In this document: positions 1 to 11,906 of the stretch, piece after piece
Layout of the letters: each line of letters starts with the position of its first letter
How positions within the stretch are numbered: position 1 is the stretch's first letter
Source of the DNA: Acidobacteriota bacterium
GTDB lineage: Bacteria; Actinomycetota; Thermoleophilia; Solirubrobacterales; 70-9
Direction of reading: 5' to 3'
Assembly (NCBI GenBank): GCA_032122625.1
Contig: JAQBGG010000004.1
Coordinates: 47,702 to 111,701 of the forward strand
DNA length: 64,000 nt
Made by a program: the position numbers and the translations under genes
The notes under the pieces: generated by a model
What the model was told of the DNA's origin: nothing
The model's input: the letters and a program-made list of their open reading frames with translations, nothing else
The model's database searches: none

Positions 1-2
1 TG

Positions 3-1358
3 AGCGCCGCGAACGGGGCGATCAGCGGCCTCGACTGGCGCGGGGACCCAGGAGCTCTTCTACTGCGCGGCGCCCGCCTCTTCGACCCGCGGGCCGGGAT
101 CGATGGCGCCCACGACGTCGTCATCCGCGACGGCCGGATCGCGGAGATCACCGGCGCCGGTGAGGGCGAGCAGCCGGACGGCGCGGAACTGATCAACGCT
201 GAGGGCCTGACGGCGATGCCGGCCTTCTTCGACCCGCATGTGCATCTGCGGGATCTCGGCGAGGCCTACAAGGAGGACATCGAGACCGGAACCAGGGCGG
301 CCGCGGCGGGTGGTTACTGCGGAGTTGTCGGGATGGCGAACACGGTCCCGGTCACCGACGAGCCGGAGACGATCTCGGCGCTGCGCGAGCAGGCCGGCAG
401 GGAGGCCTCCGTGCCGACCGGATTCGTCGCGACGGTCACGGTCGGCATGCGGGGGCGGGAGTTGACCGAGATGGCTGCTCTGCGCGAGGCGGGCGCGCTG
501 GGATTCTCCGACGACGGGCTACCGATCACCTCAGGCAGGGTGATGCGTCGCGCGCTGCAGTACCAGCACCTGGTCGGCGGCAACATCCTCTTGCACGAGG
601 AGGATCCGGAGCTGACGGGCGACGGGGTCATGGGGGAGGGGGCGATCTCGGCCGAGCTTGGACTCGCAGGGGTTCCCGACGTCTCGGAGTCAACGATGAT
701 CGCCCGCGACGGGGCCCTGTGTCTCTACGAGAGTGCTCGCGCTCATGTCCAGCACCTCTCCGCCCGGCGCTCCGTTGAGGCGATCGAGTTCGCCAAGCAG
801 CAGGGCGCCCGGATCACAGCCGAGCTCACGCCGCACCACCTCGTGCTCACCGACGAGGAGGTCCGTAGCCTCGACTCGCGCTTCAAGATGAACCCGCCCC
901 TGCGGACCGAGGATGACCGCCAGGCGTTGATCGAGGCCCTGCGCTCCGGGGCCGTTGATTGCATCGGCACCGATCACGCGCCGCACGCCTCAAACGAGAA
1001 GGAGGTGCCCTTCGAGCAGGCGATGATGGGGGTGATCGGTCTCGAGACGGCCTTCCCGGTTCTCTTCACGGAGCTCGTGCAACCGGGGATCATCGAACTC
1101 GGCACCCTGGTCGAGCGCATGACCGCGGGGGCCGGCCTGTTCGACCTCGAGATCCCGACGATCGCCGTTGACGCCGAGGCGAACATCGCCCTGGTCGACC
1201 TTGAGGCTGAATGGGAGGCGGGAGCCGACGGCTGGGAGAGCCGCTCCGCCAACTCCTGCTTCGTCGGCCGGCGGCTGCGATCACGTCCGGTAGTGACGAT
1301 CGTCGCCGGCTCGGTCGCCTACCGCCAGCGCGCCTTCAGCATGGGAGCCGTCGCGTGA
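3..1358 (+). CDS. pyrC: dihydroorotase, 5-prime partial (true start upstream of window)
   Basis: The frame of ORF 216..1358 stays open back to nt 3. It reads LLLRGARLFDPRAGIDGAHDVVIRDGRIAEI...INAEGLTAMPAFFDPHVHLRD (HxH metal motif) before the ORF-track Met, so Met216 is internal. DHAPH occurs later. The TGA at 1-3 in another frame is probably the stop of the upstream gene. The gene heads the carA-carB-pyrK-pyrD cluster. Confidence 0.85.
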   Translation, partial: SAANGAISGLDWRGDPGALLLRGARLFDPRAGIDGAHDVVIRDGRIAEITGAGEGEQPDGAELINAEGLTAMPAFFDPHVHLRDLGEAYKEDIETGTRAAAAGGYCGVVGMANTVPVTDEPETISALREQAGREASVPTGFVATVTVGMRGRELTEMAALREAGALGFSDDGLPITSGRVMRRALQYQHLVGGNILLHEEDPELTGDGVMGEGAISAELGLAGVPDVSESTMIARDGALCLYESARAHVQHLSARRSVEAIEFAKQQGARITAELTPHHLVLTDEEVRSLDSRFKMNPPLRTEDDRQALIEALRSGAVDCIGTDHAPHASNEKEVPFEQAMMGVIGLETAFPVLFTELVQPGIIELGTLVERMTAGAGLFDLEIPTIAVDAEANIALVDLEAEWEAGADGWESRSANSCFVGRRLRSRPVVTIVAGSVAYRQRAFSMGAVA

Positions 1359-1909
1359 GTTCGCCGAAGCTCGATCCCGAGCGCGCGGCGCTGGTAGTCG
1401 TCGACGTCCAGGAGGGCTTCCGTAATGCGATCGATGGCTTTGAGGGCATCGCCTCCGCGACAGCGACGATGGTCAGCGGGGCCGGGGCGCTGGGCGTCCC
1501 GGTGATCGTCACCGAGCAGTACCCGAAGGGTCTTGGAACGACTGTGCCTGAAGTGGCCGATCGCCTGCCGCAGGGAACCGAGCCGATCTCAAAGATGTCC
1601 TTCTCGGCCGCGGCAGCGGAGGGCTTCGAGCTTGGCGGCCGCGAGCAGGCGATCGTCTGCGGGATCGAGACCCATGTCTGTGTCAATCAGACGGTGCTCG
1701 ACCTGCTTGAGGCGGGAACCGAGGTCCACGTCGTCAGCGACGCCGTCGGCTCGCGCTCGCTCGAGAACAAGGCCCTCGGCCTGGCCAAGCTGGAGCGGGC
1801 CGGCGCCTGGCGCACGAGCGTGGAGACCGCCCTGTTCGAACTCCTCGGTGAGGCCGGAACCGACGACTTCAAGACGATTCAGCGACTCGTGCTGGACTAC
1901 GCCCCGTGA
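1355..1909 (+). CDS. isochorismatase-family hydrolase (ISOC/YcaC-like), coupled to pyrC
   Basis: GTG at 1355 (residue 49 of ORF 1211..1909) overlaps the pyrC TGA as GTGA. Motifs are ALVVVDVQEGF, VIVTEQYPKGLGTTVPEV and CGIETHVCVNQTVLDL, the Asp/Cys layout of cysteine hydrolases of this family. Length 184 aa. Confidence 0.75.
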   Translation: MSSPKLDPERAALVVVDVQEGFRNAIDGFEGIASATATMVSGAGALGVPVIVTEQYPKGLGTTVPEVADRLPQGTEPISKMSFSAAAAEGFELGGREQAIVCGIETHVCVNQTVLDLLEAGTEVHVVSDAVGSRSLENKALGLAKLERAGAWRTSVETALFELLGEAGTDDFKTIQRLVLDYAP

Positions 1910-1964
1910 AGGCACACCGAGCAGCTTCGCTTCGCGTCCGGGCCTGCCCGTCGGGGATCAGCTC

Positions 1965-3086
1965 ATGACGCCCGGGTATGTGCTTCTCGAGGACGGGACG
2001 CGCCTCGAGGGCGAGCTCTGCGGGGCTATCGACGTGGCCGGGGCCGGCTGTGGGGAGGTCGTCTTCAACACCGGCATGACCGGCTACCAGGAGTCGGTCA
2101 CCGACCCCTCCTACGCGGGCCAGATCATCACCTTCACCTACCCCTCGATCGGCAACTACGGCGTCTGCGCCGCGGCGATGGAGTCCGACGCCGCCCATGC
2201 TCGGGGCGTGATCATGCGCGACGCGCATAACGGCGAGGACTGCGCGACGGCTGAGCGTGGCTGGCTCGACTGGCTCTGCGACTGCGGGGTGCCGGCGATC
2301 ACCGGCGTCGACACGCGGGCCTTGGTCCGCCACATCCGCGACCGCGGGGCGATGCGGGGCGGGATCTTCTCGGCTGAGCTGCCCGAGTCGGAGGCGCGGG
2401 GGCGGGTCGGCGCCGAGCCATTGATGAGCGGGTCTGACCTGGCGCGGACGGTAAGCCCCCCAGATCGGGTCCTGCTCGAGGGCGACGGTCCCCACATCGT
2501 CGGTATCGACACCGGGATCAAGCTCTCGATAATCCGCCAGTTCCGCGAGCGCGGCTGCCGGCTGACGCTGCTCCCCTGCGATAGCTCGGCGGAGCAGATC
2601 CTCGAGTGCGACCCCGACCTGATCTTCCTCGCCAACGGCCCCGGTGACCCCGCGGCGCTGGACTACGTGGTCGAGACGGTGCGAGGGGTGATCGGCAAGC
2701 GCCCGATCTTCGGTATCTGCCTCGGCCACCAGCTGCTTTGCCGGGCGATCGGCCTGGACACGTTCAAGCTGCCGTTCGGGCATCGAGGCAGCAACCACCC
2801 GGTCAAAGACCTGGCGACCGGGAAGATCGACATCACCTCCCAGAATCATGGCTTCGCCGTCGCCGGCCCGGGGGGAGAGCAGCGGATCGAGGGCGACAAG
2901 CCGGTCCGCTGGGAGACGGACTTCGGCGCCGCCGAGCTCTCCCACCTGAACCTCTACGATCGCACGGTCGAGGGGCTGATCCTGCGCGACGTCGAGGGGG
3001 GCACGGTCCAGTACCACCCCGAGGCGGGGCCGGGACCTCACGACGCCCGGTACCTGTTCGACCACTTCATGGAGTTGGCGGCATGA
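1965..3086 (+). CDS. carA: carbamoyl-phosphate synthase small (glutaminase) subunit
   Basis: ATG at residue 145 of ORF 1533..3086 gives 373 aa. It starts [16 protein letters not shown]. Motifs include [23 protein letters not shown] (GATase Cys) and SQNHGFAV. It lies directly upstream of carB. Confidence 0.92.
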   Translation: MTPGYVLLEDGTRLEGELCGAIDVAGAGCGEVVFNTGMTGYQESVTDPSYAGQIITFTYPSIGNYGVCAAAMESDAAHARGVIMRDAHNGEDCATAERGWLDWLCDCGVPAITGVDTRALVRHIRDRGAMRGGIFSAELPESEARGRVGAEPLMSGSDLARTVSPPDRVLLEGDGPHIVGIDTGIKLSIIRQFRERGCRLTLLPCDSSAEQILECDPDLIFLANGPGDPAALDYVVETVRGVIGKRPIFGICLGHQLLCRAIGLDTFKLPFGHRGSNHPVKDLATGKIDITSQNHGFAVAGPGGEQRIEGDKPVRWETDFGAAELSHLNLYDRTVEGLILRDVEGGTVQYHPEAGPGPHDARYLFDHFMELAA

Positions 3087-3117
3087 GAACTGCGATCGAC
3101 GTTGGAGCCGGGATCTG

Positions 3118-6266
<3,149 letters not shown>

Positions 6267-6270
<4 letters not shown>

Positions 6271-7145
6271 GCGCGCCCGCCGCGCCCGGGGGCCGCGTCC
6301 TCGCCCCGCTGGGCCGACGCGCCACCGAGGTTGTCGCCAATCAAGCCTCAGGTGGTTACCGGATCCTCTCCGCCCTCGATCGTAAGGGGCCGGATCCGGC
6401 AGCGGGGCAGTTCTACATGCTCTCCAGCGAGAGCTACTGGGGTGAGGGATCCGCTCGCCCGTACCTCCCACGCGCCTTCTCCGTAGCCGAGGCCGAGCGC
6501 GGGGGCGCCGAGGGCTCCGGCGTCCGGCTTGACTTCCTGCTCGAGGACGTCGGCCCCGGCACGGCCCGGCTCGCTGCGCTCGAGCCCGGCGAGCAGCTGC
6601 AGATCACCGGGCCGCTTGGGCGCCCGTTCTCGCCTCCGCGCGAGGTCAACCCGCGGGCTCAGGGGGCGATCCTGGTTGGCGGCGGGATCGGCATGGCGCC
6701 GCTGGCGATCCTGCGGCGCGAGCTGGGCGGTCGCGGGGTGCCCCTGCGGACGCTGCTCGGATTCCGCGACCGCGCCCACTCCGGCGGGATGGAGCTGTTT
6801 CGGTGCTCCGAGGTCGGCCTCGCATCAGAGGACGGCCACGCCGGCCACCGCGGTTACGTCACCGACCTCTTGGCACAGATGCTCGAGGGCGATCAGGCCG
6901 ACACGGCCGTCGTCTACTCCTGCGGCCCGCCGGCGATGCTCGAGGCGGTGCGCAGCCTCTGCTCCGAGCGCGGCGTCCCCTCCGAACTGGCGATGGAATC
7001 ACCGATGGCCTGTGGCTTCGGCGCCTGCTTCGGCTGCGCTGTGCCCCTCGCCTCCGGCGGCTACATGCGGCTCTGCGTGGACGGCCCCGTCGTCCGCGGC
7101 GATCAGATCGAGACAGCGCTAATCGCGGGAGCGGGCCACCGATGA
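6267..7145 (+). CDS. pyrK: dihydroorotate dehydrogenase electron-transfer subunit
   Basis: The TTG start overlaps the carB TGA. An FAD/NAD-binding ferredoxin-reductase-like core is present ([17 protein letters not shown]). The C-terminal [11 protein letters not shown]...C cluster is typical of a 2Fe-2S site. Confidence 0.85.
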
Positions 7146-7263
7146 GTCAGGCACATCGCGCATCTCCTCCGCTTCGCGTCCGGGGATGCGCGCCTCCTAC
7201 CCAACTCCCGGCGACGCCCCGATCACCGCACCTCCTCGGGCTGCGCCCTGCGGGGGTGCCGGA

Positions 7264-8139
7264 ATGAGTGCGTCGCCTCTGGTGTTCTGTGGGATCGAAC
7301 TCGCGCATCCGATCATCAACGGGTCGGGGACCTTTGATGCGATCGCCGCTCGGCGGGTGTTCGGCGAGGAGCTGCTCGAGCGGTTTCCCTTCAGCGCCTT
7401 CGTCTCGAAGACGATCACGGCCGCGCCGCGGCCCGGCAATCCGCCCCCGCGTCTGTGGGAGGAGGGCGCGGGGATGATTAACTCGATCGGGCTGCCGAAC
7501 AAGGGTCTCGAGGGCTTCCTCGAGCATGACCTGCCGCACCTGTCGAGGTTGCCCGTGCCGTTGATCGTCTCGGTCATGGGGACCAGCGCCGAGGAGTTCT
7601 CGACCCTGATCGAGGGGGTCGGGGGTCGCGATGAGGTAGCGGCGTTGGAGCTCAACATCTCCTGCCCGAACGTGCATTCAGGGCTGATCGTCGGCGAGCA
7701 ACCGGAGGAGACGCTGGCGCTCCTGCGCGCCGTCCGACCCCTGACCACGAAGCCGCTGATCGTCAAGCTGACGCCGAACGTGGCCGACCCCGCAGCGATC
7801 GCCCTCGCCGCCGAGCAAGGTGGGGCGGACGCCGTCTCCCTGATCAACACGATCAAGGCCACCGCCTACGATCGCTCGAGCGGCGAGCGCTGGCTCGGGG
7901 CCGGCAGCGGCGGGCTCTCCGGGCCGGCCGTGCGCACCGTCGCCCTGCACCAGGTGGCCGCGGTTGCCGGCACCGTCGGCATTGCGGTCGTCGGTATGGG
8001 GGGCGTGGAGACCGGGTCCGACGCGGCCGATCTGATCGCCGCCGGCGCCTCCGTTGTTGCCGTTGGCACCGCGAGCTTCCGCGATCCACTGGCCGCCGCA
8101 CGGGTCCGCACCGAACTGGAGGCGCTCGGCGCGATGTGA
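7264..8139 (+). CDS. pyrD: dihydroorotate dehydrogenase catalytic subunit, class 1B
   Basis: ATG at residue 27 of ORF 7186..8139 gives MSASPLVFCGIELAHPIINGSGTF. Motifs are NSIGLPNKG, ELNISCPN (catalytic Cys) and GGLSGPA. It is paired with pyrK. The start could instead be 7186. Confidence 0.85.
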   Translation: MSASPLVFCGIELAHPIINGSGTFDAIAARRVFGEELLERFPFSAFVSKTITAAPRPGNPPPRLWEEGAGMINSIGLPNKGLEGFLEHDLPHLSRLPVPLIVSVMGTSAEEFSTLIEGVGGRDEVAALELNISCPNVHSGLIVGEQPEETLALLRAVRPLTTKPLIVKLTPNVADPAAIALAAEQGGADAVSLINTIKATAYDRSSGERWLGAGSGGLSGPAVRTVALHQVAAVAGTVGIAVVGMGGVETGSDAADLIAAGASVVAVGTASFRDPLAAARVRTELEALGAM

Positions 8140-8302
8140 CAGTGAGTTGAGCGCTCGCGCTCGCAATCCGCAAATACCGCGATCACAACCCATCTTTGTT
8201 CTAATCGCGCACTCGACCTCGACCTCAGGTCTAGGTGAATTCATAGAAACCTGCCCCGATCCGCCAACGGACGGGCGTCGCGGATGTATTATCGCCGCGC
8301 CG

Positions 8303-8638
8303 ATGCCGTCGACCTCCTCGCCAGCCGTTCCGATTCCCGCCCGCAGCAAGGACCAGCGGATGAGGGCGTTGGAAATGGCGAATGAGATCCGTACCAAGCG
8401 GGCTCAGCTGAAGCGGGATCTGAAGGCGGGCAAGGTCAATATCGACGCGCTCTTGCTGAAGCCGCCCGAGTGGCTCGGCTCGGCCAAGGTCTTCGACATC
8501 ATCCTCGCGGTGCCCAAGTACGGCCGAGTCAAGGTAAACCGGATTCTCAACCAGTGCCGGATCTCGCCGTCGAAGACGATCGGCGGCCTCTCGGAGCGCC
8601 AGCGCGCCGAGCTCGTCGCCCTCCTCCGCCGCCGCTAG
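8303..8638 (+). CDS. mihF: actinobacterial integration host factor (mIHF-like nucleoid protein)
   Basis: The C-terminal 90 aa (RALEMANEIRTKRAQLKRDLKAGKVNIDALL...GLSERQRAELVALL) match my recollection of mycobacterial mIHF. It is followed by gmk-rpoZ-coaBC, as in Actinomycetota. The start is uncertain: ATG 8303 has TATTAT just upstream, while ATG 8360 has an AAGGA Shine-Dalgarno. Confidence 0.7.
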   Translation: MPSTSSPAVPIPARSKDQRMRALEMANEIRTKRAQLKRDLKAGKVNIDALLLKPPEWLGSAKVFDIILAVPKYGRVKVNRILNQCRISPSKTIGGLSERQRAELVALLRRR

Positions 8639-8656
8639 CTCCGCCGTCCTAGAAGA

Positions 8657-8773
8657 CGTCACGGCGCGTCGCGCGGGTGGCGCCGGGTGGGGGACCCCCG
8701 GACCCGCGCGCAGGCGCAGCCGAGCACGGTCCGGGGGTGCCCGGCGACAGGACCCGCGCGACGCGCCGTGACG
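8657..8773. repeat. 22-bp perfect inverted repeat with 73-nt spacer (mihF-gmk intergenic)
   Basis: 8657-8678 CGTCACGGCGCGTCGCGCGGGT is the exact reverse complement of 8752-8773. An extra copy of ACCCGCGCG at 8702-8710 offers an alternative partner for 8670-8678. Confidence 0.9.
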
Positions 8774-8801
8774 CGCCTCGCTATCCGATCGCCGCGGCAG
8801 A

Positions 8802-9368
8802 ATGGCCGCCGTGCCACGGGTATTCGTAATCACTGGCCCCTCGGGGGTTGGCAAGGGGACTCTGATCCGAGAGCTGCGCAGCCGCGTGCCAGAGCTCGAG
8901 CTCTCGATCTCGGCGACGACCAGGCCGCCGCGGCCGGGCGAAGAGGACGGATCCGACTACCACTTCCTCTCCCGTGAGCAGTTCGACAGCGGCGTCGCCG
9001 CCGGCGACTTCCTCGAGTGGGCCACCTACAGCGGCAACCGTTACGGGACCCTGCGCTCGGAGGTTGAGCGCCGGACCGAAGGCGGCGCTCCGGTTGTGCT
9101 CGAGATCGAGGTGCAGGGGGCGCGGCAGGTGCGCGAGACGATGCCGGAGGCGGTGCGGATCTTCATCGAGCCGCCGACCGCGGATGAGTTGCGAAAGCGG
9201 CTCGAGGGCCGCGGCACCGATGATCCCGAGACGATCGAGCGGCGGCTGGAGGAAGCTCGTAAGGAGCTTCGCGCCAAGGATGAGTTCGGCCACCGGGTTA
9301 CCAATGACGACATCGATCGCGCGGCCAACGAACTGGCAGGCATAGTGCGCTCGGCGCTGGACCGGTAA
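8802..9368 (+). CDS. gmk: guanylate kinase
   Basis: VFVITGPSGVGKGTLIREL P-loop, TTRPPRPGE, YHFLSREQF. 188 aa. Confidence 0.95.
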   Translation: MAAVPRVFVITGPSGVGKGTLIRELRSRVPELELSISATTRPPRPGEEDGSDYHFLSREQFDSGVAAGDFLEWATYSGNRYGTLRSEVERRTEGGAPVVLEIEVQGARQVRETMPEAVRIFIEPPTADELRKRLEGRGTDDPETIERRLEEARKELRAKDEFGHRVTNDDIDRAANELAGIVRSALDR

Positions 9369-9403
9369 TGGCCGCCGGCCATAAGCGCTAAGGTCCCGCG
9401 CCG

Positions 9404-9634
9404 ATGGTCAAGCCCCGAGTAGACAAACTGATGGCGCGCACCGACTCCCATTATGCGGCGGTCATCATCGCCGCGAAGCGGGCGCGTCAGCTCAACAGCT
9501 ATTACCGCGCCCTTGGCGAGGGCACCTACGAGGAGCACACTCCACCGATGGTGGAGACCGATACAGGCAACTACCTGACGATCGGCCTCGAGGAACTCGC
9601 CCAAGGCAAGATCAAGTACGAGTACCGGCACTAG
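9404..9634 (+). CDS. rpoZ: DNA-directed RNA polymerase subunit omega
   Basis: 76 aa with SHYAAVIIAAKRARQLNSY, the omega signature region. It follows gmk, the conserved position. Confidence 0.85.
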   Translation: MVKPRVDKLMARTDSHYAAVIIAAKRARQLNSYYRALGEGTYEEHTPPMVETDTGNYLTIGLEELAQGKIKYEYRH

Positions 9635-9664
9635 CCGGATCTCTTCGGCCCCCGGGAGGGCTGC

Positions 9665-10912
9665 ATGGCGCGGATACTTTTGGGAGTGAGTGGCGGCATC
9701 GCCGCTTACAAGGCGATCGAGATCGCCCGTCTCGCCACGCGCGCCAACCACGGCGTGCGGGTGCTGATGACGCCCGCGGCGACGCGCTTCGTGGGCGCCG
9801 CCACCTTCGAGGGGATCGTCGGCGCCCCGGTCCTGATCGACGAGTTCGAGCGCGACCCCGCCCGCGGCACCTTTCCCGGCGATCCGCTCCCCGAGCACGA
9901 TCCGATCTCCCACCTCGAGTTGGTCACCCGTGCCGACGCCTTCCTCGTCGCGCCCGCCTCGGCCAACACGATCGCGAAACTGGCCGCCGGAGCCTGCGAC
10001 TCGATGCTGACGACGTCCTTTCTCGCCTGCACGGCTCCCCGTTTGATCGCCCCGGCGATGAACGACCGCATGTACAAAGCGGCCGCGACCCAGGCCAACC
10101 TGACCACATTGCGCGAGCGAGGAATCACGGTGATCGACCCCGACACGGGCCCGCTCGCCTCCCGCGGCGAGTACGGGACCGGCCGCCTGCCGCCTCCCGA
10201 GCGCCTGCTGGCCGAGATCGAGGCGGCCCTGCCGACGGCAGCAGGGGCCTGGGACGGCCTCAGGGTCCTCGTCACCGCCGGTGGCACCCGCGAGGCAATC
10301 GACCCGGTTCGCTTCATCGGCAACCGCTCCAGCGGTCGCATGGGGGTGGCGCTGGCAGCGGCGGCAGCCCGCCGCGGCGCTGTCGTGACGTTGATCGCCG
10401 CCAACGTGTCACTGCCGACGCCCGCGGGCGTCGATCGCGTCGACGTCGTCAGCGCCGAGGATCTGGAGCAGGCCGCCGAGCGGGCCTTCGTTGACTGTCA
10501 CGTGCTGCTGATGGCCGCCGCCGTTGCCGACTTCCGCCCTGCGGTCGTGGAGCCGGGCAAGCTCGTTCGGGAGAGTTCCAGCGCAACGAGCCTCGAGCTC
10601 GAGTCCACGTCCGACGTCCTCGCAGGGCTCGCGTCGCGGAGTTCGGGGGATCAGACCCTGGTCGGGTTCGCGGCCGAGCACGGGGGGGACTTCGTCGCGC
10701 GCGCCCGCGCCAAGCTCGAGCGCAAGGGTCTTGCCGCGATCGTCGTCAACGACGTCTCCGATCCCGCCATCGGATTCGACAGCAGCGAGAATGAGGTCAC
10801 AGTGGTCGAGGCTGCTGTTTCGCATGCTCTCCCGCGTGGCAGTAAGGACGATGTCGCGGAAGCGATTCTCGACCGCGTGGCGGCTCTCCGTGAGGAGCGC
10901 TCGCGGCGCTGA
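9665..10912 (+). CDS. coaBC: bifunctional phosphopantothenoylcysteine decarboxylase / phosphopantothenate-cysteine ligase
   Basis: The flavoprotein N-terminus reads ILLGVSGGIAAYKAIEIARL and PASANTIAKLA. The CoaB half carries FIGNRSSGRMG and AAAVADFRP. Confidence 0.92.
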   Translation: MARILLGVSGGIAAYKAIEIARLATRANHGVRVLMTPAATRFVGAATFEGIVGAPVLIDEFERDPARGTFPGDPLPEHDPISHLELVTRADAFLVAPASANTIAKLAAGACDSMLTTSFLACTAPRLIAPAMNDRMYKAAATQANLTTLRERGITVIDPDTGPLASRGEYGTGRLPPPERLLAEIEAALPTAAGAWDGLRVLVTAGGTREAIDPVRFIGNRSSGRMGVALAAAAARRGAVVTLIAANVSLPTPAGVDRVDVVSAEDLEQAAERAFVDCHVLLMAAAVADFRPAVVEPGKLVRESSSATSLELESTSDVLAGLASRSSGDQTLVGFAAEHGGDFVARARAKLERKGLAAIVVNDVSDPAIGFDSSENEVTVVEAAVSHALPRGSKDDVAEAILDRVAALREERSRR

Positions 10913-10944
10913 GGCGACCTCATCGTCTGGCTAGGCTTTGAGGT

Positions 10945-11343
10945 ATGAGCGAGTGCCCTCCCGAAGACGATTCTGAGCCCACCGGCCCGGACTCCACCTA
11001 TGAGCTCTACCGCCGCGGCATCAACCTGCTGGAGCGGGGCGATTACGACGCGGCGGCGGTACCGCTCAGTCGGGTAGCGGCCCGCGAGCCGCAGAAGTCG
11101 TCGGTCCGCGAGGCGCTCGGTCGTGCTTACTTCCGGGCTCGTCGCTATCGCGAGGCCGTGGCTGAGTTCGAGGCGGTGATCGAGCACTATCCCGTCAACG
11201 ACTTCGCCCACTTCTGCCTCGGCCGGGCCCTGGCGCTCAGCGGCCACTCCGATCGCGCCCGCCGCCACCTGGCGATCGCCGCGAACCTGCAGCCCGGCCG
11301 CCGCGACTACCGCGTCTACCGCGAGCGCCTGGCCGGCTCCTAG
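10945..11343 (+). CDS. small tetratricopeptide-repeat protein
   Basis: 132 aa with repeated A-x-x-Y/F-x-x-A...P helical-hairpin pattern (YRRGINLLERGDYDAAAVPL, LGRAYFRARRYREAVAEFEAVIEHYP, FCLGRALALSGHSDRARRHL). Confidence 0.6.
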   Translation: MSECPPEDDSEPTGPDSTYELYRRGINLLERGDYDAAAVPLSRVAAREPQKSSVREALGRAYFRARRYREAVAEFEAVIEHYPVNDFAHFCLGRALALSGHSDRARRHLAIAANLQPGRRDYRVYRERLAGS

Positions 11344-11357
11344 CGGGTAGGTCGCTG

Positions 11358-11786
11358 ATGCGTGCTCTTGTCCAGCGGGTCAGCTCGGCGAGGGTCAGCG
11401 TGGCCGGCCGGCCGATCTCCGAGATCGGCGCGGGGATGCTGGTCCTGCTCGGCGTCACCCACTCCGACGACGAGGCAACGGCGGCGAAGATGGCGGCCAG
11501 GCTGGCCAAGCTGCGGATCTTCGAGGATGCGGACGGCCGGATCAACGAACCGCTCGGCGAGCGCGAGGTGCTTTGCGTGAGCCAGTTCACCCTCTACGCC
11601 GAGATCGCCAAAGGCAACCGTCCCAGCTTCACCGCCGCCGCGCCGGCGGAGCGGGCTGAGGCCCTCTATGACGCCGTCTGCGAGGCACTCGGCGCAAGCC
11701 GCGGAGCCTTCGGCGCGAAGATGGATGTGGAACTCCTCAACGACGGTCCGTTGACCCTGATGGTCGAGGTCGAACCCAACTCTTGA
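11358..11786 (+). CDS. dtd: D-aminoacyl-tRNA deacylase
   Basis: MRALVQRVSSARVSV...GAGMLVLLGV...SQFTLYA...GNRPSF...DGPLT. 142 aa. Confidence 0.9.
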   Translation: MRALVQRVSSARVSVAGRPISEIGAGMLVLLGVTHSDDEATAAKMAARLAKLRIFEDADGRINEPLGEREVLCVSQFTLYAEIAKGNRPSFTAAAPAERAEALYDAVCEALGASRGAFGAKMDVELLNDGPLTLMVEVEPNS

Positions 11787-11844
11787 TCGCCGCTCTGGCG
11801 TGGCTATACTCAGGTTTCACCTTTGCAGCTGATTCGTCGCGAGA

Positions 11845-11869
11845 GGTGGGCCGCCGGCCCGCCTTTTTT
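11845..11869 (+). terminator. intrinsic terminator-like hairpin plus T6 tract
   Basis: GGTGGGCCGCCGGCCCGCC (7-9 bp GC stem, one G-U pair) is followed directly by TTTTTT at 11864-11869. It lies 59 nt after the dtd stop and 38 nt before the rimP start. Confidence 0.6.
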
Positions 11870-11906
11870 ATCGCCTTGGAGCGGTTCGCGAAGGGGCGAG
11901 AAACCA

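Noticed and set aside
216-1358. ORF-track Met216 as the pyrC start
   Set aside because: The frame is open to nt 3, and the upstream 71 codons encode the conserved dihydroorotase N-terminal region. The gene is therefore truncated by the window edge, not started at 216.
8054-8302. Long N-terminal extension of the mihF ORF
   Set aside because: The extension overlaps the pyrD 3-prime end and a lower-GC promoter-like spacer. Similarity to mIHF starts only near residue 95 of the ORF.
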